Shown here: piece by piece, positions 30,156 through 41,885 of the stretch | How the letters are laid out: every line of letters starts with the position of its first letter | How positions within the stretch are numbered: the stretch's first letter is position 1 | NCBI GenBank assembly: GCA_963777605.1 | Contig: CAVZRV010000035.1 | Location: forward strand, 128,001 to 192,000 | Direction: 5' to 3' | DNA from: an uncultured Acidobacteriota bacterium | GTDB lineage: Bacteria; Acidobacteriota; UBA6911; RPQK01; JAPXNP01 | DNA length: 64,000 nt | Made by a program: the position numbers and the translations under genes | The notes under the pieces: generated by a model | Told to the model about the DNA's origin: nothing | Databases searched by the model: none | The model's input: only the letters and a program-made list of their open reading frames with translations

Positions 30156-31112
30156 ATGCAGGAAGAGACCTTCGAGGAAAGCTTTGAGGAATTCAAGGAC
30201 TCATTCTCTTACGGTTCCCGGACTAATTTGAACTTCAAGTTCCTCAAACATCTCAATCCTCAGGCAGCGGCCGGATTCTTTCAGGAACTCCTGGAGAAAC
30301 TGGGAACGTCAATGGACGACGGCCGTTTGGATCGCCTGGTCGATCACGTGACCGAATGGCAGGCTCGAGCCTATTCCGACGACCTCAAGTTTGATTACCC
30401 CGACGGCCCGTTTACGCGCCCGCGAAAGCCCGTGGCCCAGTCGCGGCTGGCGCTTTTGACTTCGAGCGGCCACTTTGTCGAAGGTGAGGATCCCGAGCCG
30501 TTCGGAGTCAAGGGAATGACGCAGGAGGAGGCAATCTCCCGGATCCGAGATTTCTTCAAGGTGGAGCCGGGGCTGTCCCGCATCCCGGCAGAGACCTCTC
30601 CAGGGAAGCTGAGAGTACGCCACGGCGGATACGACATCAGCGGGGCAACGGCCGACCCGAACGTGGTCTTCCCCCTGGAACGCCTGGTCGAGTTGCAGCG
30701 GGACGCAGTCATCGGAGAATTGGCTCGTCACGCCTATTCCTTCGTCGGAGCCGCCGCGCAGACCAGAATCCTCAAGGAAGCCGGACCCAAATGGGTCGTT
30801 CAACTCAAAAAGGAAAGCGTCGATTATGCGTTGCTCGTACCCGCCTGACCAGTCTGTCACGTGTCGGTCGGACACATTGCAAGGCTTCTTGAGGAGAGTG
30901 GGATCGCCACGGTGATCATCGCAGTCAAGGCATTCCGGCGCGTGCTCGACTCGATGGTCGTCCCCCGCGCCGTGTTAACGCCCTATCCGTTGGGGCGTCC
31001 GCTGGGCGCCCCGGGCGAAGTCGGCAGGCAACGTGCCGCAATCCTGGCCGCACTCGAACAGTTGGAGCGGGCGGAGCATCCCGGCACGATCGTTGACCTC
31101 CCCACGCACTGA
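30156..31112 (+). CDS. GrdB/PrdB-like reductase selenoprotein (VPA-U-PVCH)
   Basis: RLALLTSSG, HGGYD...DPNVVFPLERL, then TGA 30846-30848 in frame with PVCHVSVGHIARLLEESGIATV and PYPLGRPLG. Confidence 0.88.
30861..30875 (+). promoter_or_regulatory. Putative bacterial SECIS hairpin
   Basis: GTGTC-ggtcg-GACAC; the loop starts 17 nt after UGA and begins with G. Confidence 0.6.
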
Positions 31113-31356
31113 CCGCCGTGGAATCGAACTGAAGGAGACGTTCGGCGGGTGAGCTGAGTTCGCGTTCGCTGACCCTTCTCACTCTCTCACGGGCCATGGC
31201 CCGCTCGACCCGGCAGGACTCGTCTGACGCCCTTCCTTGAGGCCCATTTCTGGTTGGCTTTTTCCGGACCATTTGTTAGGCTGAATTTAACACTGCCTGG
31301 GTCGGGAACCTCCCGGCCGCCATCGAAATCTCCGTTAACTGCTGAGAGGAGTCGTG

Positions 31357-33106
31357 ATGAGCAAGCCTATTGCGGCGATTGCCGCCTCCACAGTTTTTGC
31401 GTGCTTCCGGTCTTGGCATTCGCCGCGGGATTCGAATCGAGCGAACCGGCAATGCGCAAACATCAGCTCAGAAGGCTGTGGAGAGCCTCCCGCTGAATGG
31501 AAGAGACCCGTTGAAGCTGGCTCTCCTGGTCCCTTCCTCGAGCGGAAACGAGCTCGTCCTGGCCGGGCCGGGTGGCGCACAGCCCAAGACCGTGATCGAA
31601 GCAGGCTCGAACTACTCCTTGGCGGGCGGATACGGAATCGGAGGAGATGTATTCCAGGTGGGATTGGTCCAAGGCACGAGTCCCGTCGTTATTGACATCA
31701 ATGCGGCTACGCAACAAGTCGAGGGCATCGTTCCCTTGACCGGGGAAACCGACTACTACAGTGTAGACCTCACGCGGGGTGCCGACGGAAACCGCTATGG
31801 GCTTGCCTACAATGCGGCATCGTTCAGTTTTGACGTCTTCGATCTCAATGGGCAGGCTCCCGAACTCGTCGAAATCGATCTGGGCGCGGTAAGCTACATC
31901 GACCCGATTTTCGGAGGATCCCGGGCCCGCCTTCTGGCCGACAGCGACCGGAACAGCCTGGGCTTCTTCGCCGAGAACAACGGAGGCCAGGTCTTTGCCC
32001 ACCGGATTGATCTGGACACCCTGGCCGTCCAGAAACAACTCCTGACCAACGTGCAATTCCCAACCGGCTTTGACATTGCGCTGGCAACGGAAAGCCGCGC
32101 CATGCTGCTCGGCGACTTTTACATCTACATCCATGAAGACCAGGGCCAGGTGATCACATCCGCCTGGAATCCTGACACCAATCAGGTTATCAACGACCGC
32201 GTTGGAAGCGTCGGCACAACCGGGCTCCATCCGTTTGCTGCGGCGCCGCTCGGCGGACATCGATTCGCTCTCGGCTGGGAGCAGAACCTGGTCGGACTGG
32301 AGCTCGCGCGGAGGCGGGGAACCACCGACTTCCAACTCCAGCGATTCGGAACGCTCGGGCACGACTTCAAGGGTCCGGTTGCATTTTCGCCCAGCGAAGG
32401 GTGGATCGCCGGAAACCGGGGAGACGACTTTGCAGTTGCCCCCCTGAATCTCAACCATCTCGTCTATGCTCCCCAGACACCTGCCGGAGCCTCTCAGTTC
32501 CTGGTTACGAACCAGGATAGCTCCCCGCTCTCGGTAGATTTCTCAATCCGGAGTCCTTCCGGGGACGAACTGGATTCAGGCCGGCTCGAGCTCGACGCAC
32601 ATGAAACCGTCAATTTCGAAGCCCTTCCAGGGGCCAGCCTGGCGCCTGCGGCAACCTACTTCAGCGGCCCTGGTCGTTTCGCAGTGACGGGCGCATGGAG
32701 AATCGGCCCGACCGAGACCGGAATAACGGGTTCGCTGGCAGCGCGAAACTGGGGCTTGACCGCCAGACAGGACGAGAATATCCGCACCGCGATGGCCTAT
32801 GCCAATCCGTCCCCGAATCCCAACTCCTGCGAGATCAGCTTTTTCGGCCAGGACGGAGGATTGGGAGGTGAGGCTCAAAAGACAATGGACGGCTGGCAGC
32901 AGGAAGCGCTGTTCGCGGACGAATTACTGGCAGAAGCCGGAATTGTCAGGGACGAGAACGGCTTTCTGGTGTTTGAATGCGAGCGCCCGATCGCCTTCAC
33001 GGGAGTCTGGCAGGACCAGCGAAACAGCGCTCTGGTCAATCTCAGCGCCCTTGCCTCCTATAAGGATTCCTGGGACTGGGAATTGGCCACCTGCGGCGAT
33101 TTCTAA
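31357..33106 (+). CDS. Secreted paralogue P7 with the shared C-terminal module (two probable frameshifts at ~31398 and ~31448)
   Basis: GAGGAG RBS; signal peptide split across frames (MSKPIAAIAASTVF / CVLPVLAFAA); C-terminal RTAMAYANP, ALFADELL and ECERPIAF. Confidence 0.7.
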
Positions 33107-33193
33107 CAGGGTTGCAGCCCTGCAGCGGGCCGGCCTTCCTTTCCGACAATCTCATCTGCGGCCGTTCAATTTCAAAAGAGCAGAGATCGACCG

Positions 33194-34609
33194 GTGAGGA
33201 AGGACTCCTGGTTGGACGGCAGGCGGGATCTCTTCGACTCCGCATTGGTAAGATATGAAAACCGAAATCTCGACACCCCGAACATTGACCGTTTAGCCCA
33301 AACAGGAGTCACCTTCGACCGGTTCTTTGTCAGCCCGGTCTGCTCGCCGACACGCGCCGAGTTGCTGACCGGGCGGTACCACGTGCGAGACGGTGTCTAT
33401 TCCACTTCCTCGGGTGGCGAACGGCTCTTTCTTTACTTGCCGCTCAATACCCCCCACAGCCCGATGCAGGTTCCCGACAGGTGGTGGAAGAAATTCGAAA
33501 CCAGGGAACTGCTGCAGCTGCATCGGGAACCCGAAAAAGACGACCAGCCGTTTACACGAGCCGCTCTGGCCATGTGCGAGAACATCGATTGGAATGTCGG
33601 GCGCTTGCTGGAGAAGATCGACGAGTTGGGGATTGCGGAAGAAACCATCGTCATCTACCTGTCCGACAACGGTCCCAACAGCTGGCGCTGGAACGGGGGA
33701 ATGAAAGGAAGAAAAGGCTCCACCGACGAAGGCGGCGTGCGTTCACCGATGTTCGTAAGGTGGGAGGGTTATCTCGAAGGCGGAAAGGTGATCGAGGAGA
33801 TCGCAGGTGCGATCGACGTAATGCCAACGCTGATCGACCTGGCGGGTGTCGATCTTCGGCCCGACAAACCGCTGGACGGGATCAGCTTGACGCCCCTGCT
33901 CCTGGAGAAAGATCCCGTCTGGCCGGATCGGCTGATCATGAGTCACTGGGGAAACCAGACCAGCGTCCGGAGCCGGCGATTCAGGCTCGACCACGAAAAC
34001 CGGCTTTTCGACATGCAGAACGATCCCCGTCAGGCAACCGATATCTCGGCTCGGATGCCGGCCATCGCGCGGCAACTGATTCAAGCGAAAGAGACCTGGA
34101 AACGTCAAGTACTCAGCGAGCTTCCCGAGAGGGATCTCCGGCCCTTCCCCGTTGGCCATCCCGATTATGGATTGACCCAGTTGCCGGCACGCGACGGCAT
34201 CGGCCATGGAAACATCACCCGTTCCAACCGGTTTCCCAACTGTTCCTTTTTCACAAATTGGATCAGCCTCGAGGACAGCATTACCTGGGATATCGAAGTG
34301 CTGGCGGATGGTGATTACCAGGTCGAGCTTTACTACACCTGCCCCGCCGAGGACGTCGGGTCAACCCTCGAGCTCAGTTTTGGTCAGGCCAAGCTCACCG
34401 GGGCAATTCTTGAATCTCACGACCCGCCTTTGCAGGGGATGGAAAACGACCGGGTCCTGCGTGGGGAATCGTATGTCAAAGATTTCAGGCCTTTTACGCT
34501 GGGTACGATTCACCTGACCAAAAGCACCGGGGTTCTGACTTTGAGAGCACCCAGGATGCCCGGATCGCAGGTGATGGATTTCCGGTTGATGATGTTGAAG
34601 AGGATGTGA
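33194..34609 (+). pseudogene. Arylsulfatase with missing N-terminus and in-frame internal deletion
   Basis: TPNIDRLA, CSPTRAELLTGRY and SDNGP are present. The DD motif and the GKWH region are absent: GGERL is joined directly to FLYLPLNTPH. Confidence 0.75.
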
Positions 34610-35190
34610 GGAGGCAATAATGAAAAAGTCTCTCGAGCCCGAGTCCTCTCGTCGTGACTTTCTGAAAAGTTCGGCCATGGTAGCGGCCGCCGAATATTTC
34701 AAGGACCTGCACTAGGGAGAGAGCTGCCGATGAACCCTGACCAAGCCGAGAAACTTCGCGACCTCCTGGAAGCACAGCGCATCGCATCGCGTTGATCTTG
34801 GCGAGAGCGTCGCGTTCGCGAAACGGCGCGAATGCCTCGCTCCGAAGTTTCTCTCGCCCTTCGTACAACTGCTTCCGAGCGGCGCCTGGGCGGGGCGGCG
34901 CCATGAGAAGGACAAGGCCGCTCGGGTAGTGTGCCGATCTCTTCGCCAGCTTGTGAATCAAGTTCACTCTCGTCCTCGGCCGCTGAACTGTTTGGCCCTT
35001 CAAAGTCTTCGATAACAAGGCTCAATCGAAAACAATTGGTGACAAACACGTTCTGCAGCCGCTATATTGAGTGGCCGTTGCCGTTTCCGGGCATCGAGGA
35101 AGAGATGCCCTGAAGAGGAACTTTCCTCGGCTCACTGCCGAGTTCTTCCGGATGGTATCCAGCCCGAGTGGCAAAAGTGGGAATCTGAAA

Positions 35191-35737
35191 ATGGACGACT
35201 TTGAACGTCTTGAACGTGAGAACGAACGCCTGAGATCCCGCCTTGCCGAACTCGAAGAGAGGGAGCAACGCTTCAGCGCCACTCTCTATGGGATTGGGGA
35301 CGGCATGATCGCCACCGACGCCCTGGGGCGCATCACCCAACTGAATCAGGTCGCCGCTCAGTTGACCGGCTGGGAAGAAACCGAGGCAGAGCGAAATCCG
35401 ATTCTCCTCCCTGTATGAGGCGATGTCGGAGGGGGTCTGCGTCCACGAACTCGTTTACGACGACTCGCAGCGGGCCACCGATTACCGCATCCTTGACGTC
35501 AACCCTGAATACGAGGCCATCCTTGGTCTCGCGAAAGCCGACGTGGTGGGTCGCCTCGCATCTGAAGCCCGGATCCACCCGGAGATCAAAGTGATCTACA
35601 TGTCCGGGTATGCCGACGACGTGATCGCGGGCCGGGGCATAATGGACCAGTCTGCACACTTCGTCAACAAGCCTTTCGCAGTTGAAACCCTCCTGGAGAA
35701 GGTTCGTACAGCTCTGAAACCGCAGATGGGCAAATGA
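35191..35737 (+). pseudogene. Collapsed PAS-domain hybrid histidine kinase (PAS fragments fused to a receiver C-terminus)
   Basis: IGDGMIATDALGRI (PAS), then SEIRFSSLYEAMSEG (another PAS, out of frame), joined at GRLASE|ARIHPEIKVIYMSGY...KPF; no kinase domains. Confidence 0.75.
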
Positions 35738-35826
35738 TCCCTGACGCCAAAATTGAAGGAACTCATCTGCCGCGCCTCATGGCTGACAGAGATGGAAAGA
35801 CCCTTCGCCCGAGTTACGCGAAAACG

Positions 35827-36384
35827 CTAAGCTAGCTGGATCCCCAACTTCCTGGCAGCCGCCTGGACCTCGGGATCCTGAGTCCCGAGCTCCCTCGGGA
35901 CCCCGATCAGCCGGATCGTGTCGGTTACGCGCTCGGCGAAGAGTGTCGCGTTGGTCCATTGCGACTCGAGGACTGACCACCAGAGAAGTCCCGCCGCGCC
36001 TTCACCGAACAGTGCGGCCGCAAGGTCCTGGGTAATCCTCCGTTCGAGGGTGGCAACCCGAGACGGGCGAAGAGATCTTCGGTGCAGTTCGGACGGATCG
36101 TCAAGGTCACAGAAGACGGAGGAGCCGGCCACCTCCAAAGCCGCGAGTGCCAATCGCCGGTTGTGGCCGCGTACGAAGTCTCCGTCATCGAGGGATTGGT
36201 TCCGAAACGGCTGAAGCGCCTCGGCCACCGCCGAAACCTGATCCAGTGCGCAGTAGAAAGCGCCATACAGTTCGGGATTGTCATGACGTCCGCTGCCCTG
36301 GTGAGCCCTGGGCACAAATAGCGGTCCCCCGACTCCTGCACCCTTCGAACGGCCGTCCCAGCCGAATACTCTGAACACCTTCAT
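35827..36384 (-). CDS. RES-domain toxin
   Basis: VFRV...GSGRHDNP...FYCALDQVSAVAE...GLLWWS (R-E-S residues). Confidence 0.85.
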   Translation of the reverse strand: MKVFRVFGWDGRSKGAGVGGPLFVPRAHQGSGRHDNPELYGAFYCALDQVSAVAEALQPFRNQSLDDGDFVRGHNRRLALAALEVAGSSVFCDLDDPSELHRRSLRPSRVATLERRITQDLAAALFGEGAAGLLWWSVLESQWTNATLFAERVTDTIRLIGVPRELGTQDPEVQAAARKLGIQLA

Positions 36385-36462
36385 GACCTGGCCAACCTGG
36401 TTGAACTCGGGCAGTAAAGCCCAGGACCCCGCTGACGTTTACCCAAAATGCCTCCGGGCTTG

Positions 36463-36816
36463 TCAGGCGTAGGCCCCGGCTTCAAACTGCTCCAGCGCAG
36501 CGATGACCTCGGCGACACGGCCGTCACGAATCAGGTCGATCGGGCGCCGGTTGGCGAGATGAGCGTTGACTCCCAGCAGCCACTTTTCAGCGGTTGCTGA
36601 AGGCAGTGACGACTGGAGCCTGGAGAACACAAACTCGAGTGCCTCGAGCTTATGTCGGTTTGCCGCGTCCGGTGCCTCGGTTCGCAGCCATCGAGAGACC
36701 CGCGAGCGATCTACAGCGAGCAGTGCCGCGAGTCGGCTCTGGCTTCGAAACTGGCCGCTTAAATAGCTCACCTTGTCCCGAAATACGTCTTCCCATTGAA
36801 CCGCGGCTTCGCCCAT
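36463..36816 (-). CDS. Xre/MbcA/ParS-type antitoxin
   Basis: HTH QSRLAALLAVDRSRVSRW and C-terminal WLLGVNAHLANRRPIDLI. Confidence 0.88.
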   Translation of the reverse strand: MGEAAVQWEDVFRDKVSYLSGQFRSQSRLAALLAVDRSRVSRWLRTEAPDAANRHKLEALEFVFSRLQSSLPSATAEKWLLGVNAHLANRRPIDLIRDGRVAEVIAALEQFEAGAYA

Positions 36817-36842
36817 GTCGTCCTCTTCTTCCAGCTTAGCCT

Positions 36843-36890
36843 GTAGCGATCGTTAACGCAACGATATCTGTTGCGCATAACGATCGCTAC
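36843..36890. promoter_or_regulatory. Long palindrome (operator and/or terminator)
   Basis: GTAGCGATCGTTA...TAACGATCGCTAC with inner CGCAAC/GTTGCG, between the oxidase stop codon and the antitoxin start. Confidence 0.6.
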
Positions 36891-38270
36891 GGCCTGATAT
36901 TCTGATTTAGATGGAAGACGTTTTCAGGGTCGTACCGTCGCTTGATTTTGCGGAGTCGATCGAAATTGGCACCGTAAGCGGCCCGTACCCGGTCCCCTTC
37001 TTCCTCAGTCATGAAATTCACATAGGAACCGCTGGAAGCGAACGGCTTTGAAGCCTCAAAGAAGGCACGCGCCCAGGAGACGCCTCGCTCGTCGTCCGTC
37101 TGATCACTCCAGCGTCCGTGCACGTTGAGCACGAATTTGGCGTCCCGATGGGTATAGGCCGTTGCGCTGGACGGAACGTGGTTGGCCGCGCCGCCCAGAA
37201 ACGCGATGAAGATCTCACAGTGAGGCGACGGCAACCGGGAACCGTAGTCGATCACGCAATCGAACAGCCTGTCGCCCAATTCAGTGAGGTTGTGCGATTT
37301 CCAGTAATTTCTGGCACCCGGGGTAAGCAACGGATCGAAGGCCTTCTGCCATTCAGTGTAGGGCATCTCACCGACATGCTCGCCGTGGGGATCTCCGAAA
37401 CTACGGATCGACTTGACGAGGTCTTCCCCTGCGGAAGCCTCGCCCGAATAGAAGATTGCCAGGACCAGCACCTCCCTGCCATGAATCTCCTCGGGCAGGA
37501 ACGGCAGGGGCGGCGCCTTTCTCATGACAACCCAAACGTTCAGCTCCGTCCGGGGCCGACTCAATGAAGTCGCGGTAGCGTCTCAGCACCTGCCCGGCCT
37601 GCTCAAACGGGAAGACAATCAGGCCGGCCAGCACGTTGGGGCCGACCGAATGAAGCCCGAACTCGAACTGGGTCACAACGCCAAAGTTTCCTCCTCCGCC
37701 CCGGATTGCCCAGAAGAGATCGGGATGCTCCGCCGCACAGGCCCGGACCGGCTTGCCGTCCGCCGTGACCATCTCAGCTGAGACCAGGTTGTCGATGGTC
37801 AGCCCATACTTTCGGGTCAGCCAACCGAAGCCTCCCCCCAGAGTGAGCCCGGCAATTCCAGTCGTCGAGTTGATCCCTACCGGCGTTGCCAATCCAAACG
37901 GCTGTGTCGCGGCATCGAAATCTGCGAGGGTGGCGCCGGGCTCGACCCAGGCGAGCCGTTTCTTGGGGTCAACGCGCGCCGAGGTCATCCTGGAGAAATC
38001 GATGGCGAGGCCGTCATCACAAAGAGCATTCCCGGCGATGTTGTGTCCCGCTCCCCGAATGGAAATCTCGAGTTCGTTCTCGCGAGCAAACGTAATTGCC
38101 CGCGGAACGTCGGAGGCACTCGCGCACTGAACAATGACTTCCGGTTTCCGGTCAATCATCGCGTTCCAGAGCGCACGAACTTCGTCATAGTCCGGGTCGG
38201 CTGCAACGACGGCGCGGCCGTGGATTTGGCTTCGGAGTTTTTCGACGGCTTGCTTTGACAGGTGTGGCAT
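36887..38270 (-). CDS. FAD-linked oxidase (FAD_binding_4 + BBE), frameshift near 37548
   Basis: RGAGHN, GIAGLTLGGG, DLFWAIRGGGGNFGVVT and YVNF...KRRYDPENVFHLNQNI. Confidence 0.9.
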
Positions 38271-38638
38271 GGATTCGTCCCTTCATGAAAGGAACCGAAG
38301 GACTGATCGATCAGGTACGAAGACTGACGTACTCATTGCCTTCACTCGGTTTCCGGCGGTTGCCCGCCGCGTTATTCACCGCGCTTGCTGCCCAACCGGG
38401 GTCCTGAAATTTGGAAAGCAGGAAAGGGCGGTTTCTGGAAAGACTTGAGAGCCTATATGACTCAGACGAGTCAACTGATTCAGGATTGCGGAGGATAATT
38501 TTCAATTACCCGATTCGACGCCCCCATAAAGTCAGACCTGTCTTGGTCCTCAACCGGGCTTCACCCCCTCAACGTTGCGTCTCTGTGTGGACCCGGGTAG
38601 AGTACGGAGGTGGTCACAAGTCGGAGACAGAGTACGGA

Positions 38639-39985
38639 ATGAGCGACCGGACTGAAGGGCACGAAGGGGCGGAGTTCCGGGGAAGTGGCGAGCGCACCCG
38701 GACGATTCGGGTGCGCAGCGTTGATTCCAATTTCGAGAGGGAACCGCTCATCCGTCCGTTCGGTTTCAAAGGGGGGCACATGTCGGAGATCTGGCAGTCC
38801 GCGGCCCTCTTGGAAAGTGACAGCGGTGCTCGCCGGATCGGACTCTGCTCGCAGAGCGTTCTCTGGTCCGACGACAGGGTCTTTGCTTCGCACTCAGAAA
38901 GCGGGGGCAACGCGGTGATGTACGCCCTCACCGAGCGCGCCCTCCACATCGTCCGGGGGATGACTTTCACAACGCCGATCGAATTGCTGGACGAGATCTA
39001 CGACGAAGTCTACCGGCAGGGCCAGCTCATCTCGGGTAATCCCGAGCTGCGCAAGACGTTCGCTCTCAACGCCCTGGTCGGAGTGGACAACGCCGCATGG
39101 CTCCTCTACGCACAAGAAAACGATATCCGAACTTTCGACGAAATGATCCCGCCCCCGTACCGGGACGCCCTGGCGAACCATCACAGCGAACTCGCCGCGA
39201 TCCCGCTGATGTCCTATGCGGTTCCAATCGAGGAAATCCGAGAGGCGGTCAACGAAGGCCAGTTCTTCCTGAAGATCAAAATTGGCCAGCCCGGTACCCA
39301 GGAAGAGATGCTGGAGAAGGACAAGGCCCGAATCACCGCCATTCACAAGGCGATCGGCCACACCGAAACGCGTCACACCCGGTCAGGCAAACTCCCCTAC
39401 TACTTCGACGCGAACGGGAGGTACCAGCAAAAAGAGACCTTGATGCGCTTGATCGACCATACGAAGGAGATCGGCGCCTTCGAGCAGATCGCCATCATAG
39501 AAGAGCCCTTTCCGGAAGAGTACGAGGCCTCAGTCGATGACCTGGGCGTCCGCATCGCGGCCGATGAGAGCGCCCACACCGACCGGGAAGCGGCCAGGCG
39601 AATCGAGATGGGGTACGGGGCGATCGCGCTCAAGGCAATCGCCAAGACCCTTAGCATGACTCTGAAGATCGCGAAACTGGCCCGCGAGAAGCAGGTGCCC
39701 TGTTTCTGTGCCGATCTCACGGTCAATCCAATCCTCGTGGAATGGAACAAGAACGTGGCGGCCCGGCTGGACCCGTTTCCGGAACTGGGGCTGGGGCTCC
39801 TGGAAACCAATGGACATCAGAACTACCGGAACTGGGAAGAAATGGTGAAGCGTCATCCTTTTCCCGGAGCCGCCTGGCGCGAGGCCAAGGACGGGATCTT
39901 CCGGCTCGACGGCGACTACTACGGCCGAAGTGGCGGCATCTTCGACCCGTCCCCCCACTACGAGCGCCTCTTCCAAAATCGGTGA
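38639..39985 (+). CDS. Enolase-superfamily enzyme (Ala-Glu epimerase/MLE-like)
   Basis: PFGFKGG, LKIKIG (KxK), YFDANG, IEEPF, AADES and ALKAIAK. Confidence 0.8.
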   Translation: MSDRTEGHEGAEFRGSGERTRTIRVRSVDSNFEREPLIRPFGFKGGHMSEIWQSAALLESDSGARRIGLCSQSVLWSDDRVFASHSESGGNAVMYALTERALHIVRGMTFTTPIELLDEIYDEVYRQGQLISGNPELRKTFALNALVGVDNAAWLLYAQENDIRTFDEMIPPPYRDALANHHSELAAIPLMSYAVPIEEIREAVNEGQFFLKIKIGQPGTQEEMLEKDKARITAIHKAIGHTETRHTRSGKLPYYFDANGRYQQKETLMRLIDHTKEIGAFEQIAIIEEPFPEEYEASVDDLGVRIAADESAHTDREAARRIEMGYGAIALKAIAKTLSMTLKIAKLAREKQVPCFCADLTVNPILVEWNKNVAARLDPFPELGLGLLETNGHQNYRNWEEMVKRHPFPGAAWREAKDGIFRLDGDYYGRSGGIFDPSPHYERLFQNR

Positions 39986-39998
39986 TAATTGCACGCGG

Positions 39999-41877
39999 TC
40001 ACTCCTCGCGCAGCCAGGACTTGAGATGCGCTTGCTGCTCCTCACTGGCGCCAGGAAGGACCTCCAGAGTCCAGGACGTCCGTGAAACCGCCATCAACTC
40101 CATTTCGAGCTTCTTCAACAGGTCCCTGCGGGCAACCAGTAACGTCAGCTTGTCCCCTGCCTTGTAGGAGTCGAGCCGGACCGGCCACTGGTCGGCACGC
40201 ACGCGATACTGGTTGACGGCCAGGATCTCGTCACCCACGTTCACTCCGGCCTTCTCTCCGGGACTGCCTCGTCGCACCTCGGACACCACCAGGCGTCCGT
40301 CGTCGGCCTGGGTTTTCAGCCCGGTCTCGATCGGGGGAGGCTCATCCTTGCCGGCGTCCTGCTTCTCCTTGAACCGCAGCCCGAACCAGTCGAGAGCTTC
40401 CGTGTAGTCGAGTTCTTCGGTGGTCTCCAGGACCTTGTGGAACCACCCGTCGAGATCCTGCCCGGCAACCTCCGAAGCGAGCTGTCGGAACTGTTCCGGT
40501 GTGTAGCCGTGAGGACCGGAATAGCGTTCGTAAGCCAGTCTCATTACGTCGTCCAGGTTCTTCCGATCCCGAGTGGCTTTCCGGATGCGGGCGTCGAGGA
40601 GGAACGCGATCACGTCTCCCTTGGTGTAGTAACTGATCGCCGTATTCGACGAGTTCTCATTGGGCCGATAGAGCTTGATCCAGGCGTCGAAGGACGCCAA
40701 CTGCACCGGCTGTACCAGGCGTCCCGGCGTTTCCTGCAAGTGGCTGGATCGTCTCTGAGAGAGACCGCAGAAAGGATTCGCGAGACTTCAAGCCGGCTCG
40801 CCGCAGAGCGAGGGGTCCGTAGTACGAGGTGATGCCCTCGGCGATCCAGAGGCTCCGCGTGTAGACCTCGTTCTCGTAGTCGAAAGGCCCGAGTTCCACC
40901 GGACGGAGCCGCTTGACATTCCAGACGTGAAAGTACTCATGACTGACCAGGCCGTGCCAATTTGCCCGGCTCGGCCGCCGGTTCCGGGGCGCCGACGGAT
41001 CGGCCGATTCCGGAGCGGGTTCTTCCGTATTGCCGTAGGCCCAGCGGCTGGTGTTGAGCCAAGTAGAATTCTTGTGCTCGAGACCCCCGCCAGTTTCGGT
41101 CATCAGGTTGAAGAAGACGTAGCGATTGTAGGGCAGTAATCCCCACATACGCAGGTACTCCTCGACGATCTTCTGGACGTCCCGTGCCGAGGCCGGGCCG
41201 TCCCAGACGTCGCTTTCCCCTTCGTTGACCAGGTAATGTTGCTTGCCTCCAACCTCGAACTGGTAAATCGGGGCATTCCCCGCATAAATCGGGCAGTCCA
41301 CGAGTTCGTCGAAGTTCGTTGCCCGGTAATGGTGAGGCTCCCCTCCGGGGCCCAGGGAGAGTCCGCTGATGCTCTCCTTCCACGAAGGTGGCAAAACGAG
41401 CTGAACCTCGTGGGGCCGCGGACCGTCGTCAACCAGGGTCATGAAATTCGGGGCACCGTTGAGCATGGCGAAATCAGCGTCCACCCAGTTGCCCTGGACG
41501 TTGGGTTCCCGTGCATAGATCCGGTAGGAGATTTCGAACCGGGCGTTGTCGCCGGTGTCAATGCGCCACCGGTTCTTGCGGGTCTTCTCGAACGAGAGCA
41601 GATGCCCGTCCGGGGTCTGAGCCCGAAAGTCCTCCACGTTGCGGGAGTATTCGCGCACCAGGTAGGAGCCCGGGGTCCAAACGGCCATCATGACCTCAGT
41701 TTGACGCCCTTTTGCCGGCAGGGACGCCGTCACTTCCAGGTAGTGGGTCTCGGGAGCGGAAAATCGGACCGCGTAGCGGATCGGGTCGCCGTCCTGCCCC
41801 AGTCCGATGGCGGTGCTGACCAGGATAGCCAGCAGGAAAACCTTTCCAAGAGAAAGTGTCAGGTTGTGATAGCGCAT
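39999..41877 (-). CDS. M61 glycyl aminopeptidase with PDZ domain (frameshift near 40742)
   Basis: Signal peptide; WTPGSYLVRE, GGGLEH, HEYFHVWNVKR, EGITSYY and SYYTKG; C-terminal PDZ. Confidence 0.92.
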
Positions 41878-41885
41878 TCGTCTCT

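Noticed and set aside
34494-35049. Overlapping minus-strand ORFs after the sulfatase
   Set aside because: Possibly a decayed gene, but I cannot assign a frame or family.
35416-35418. TGA as a third selenocysteine site
   Set aside because: The downstream ORF is in a different frame and there is no redox motif; explained by a deletion junction.
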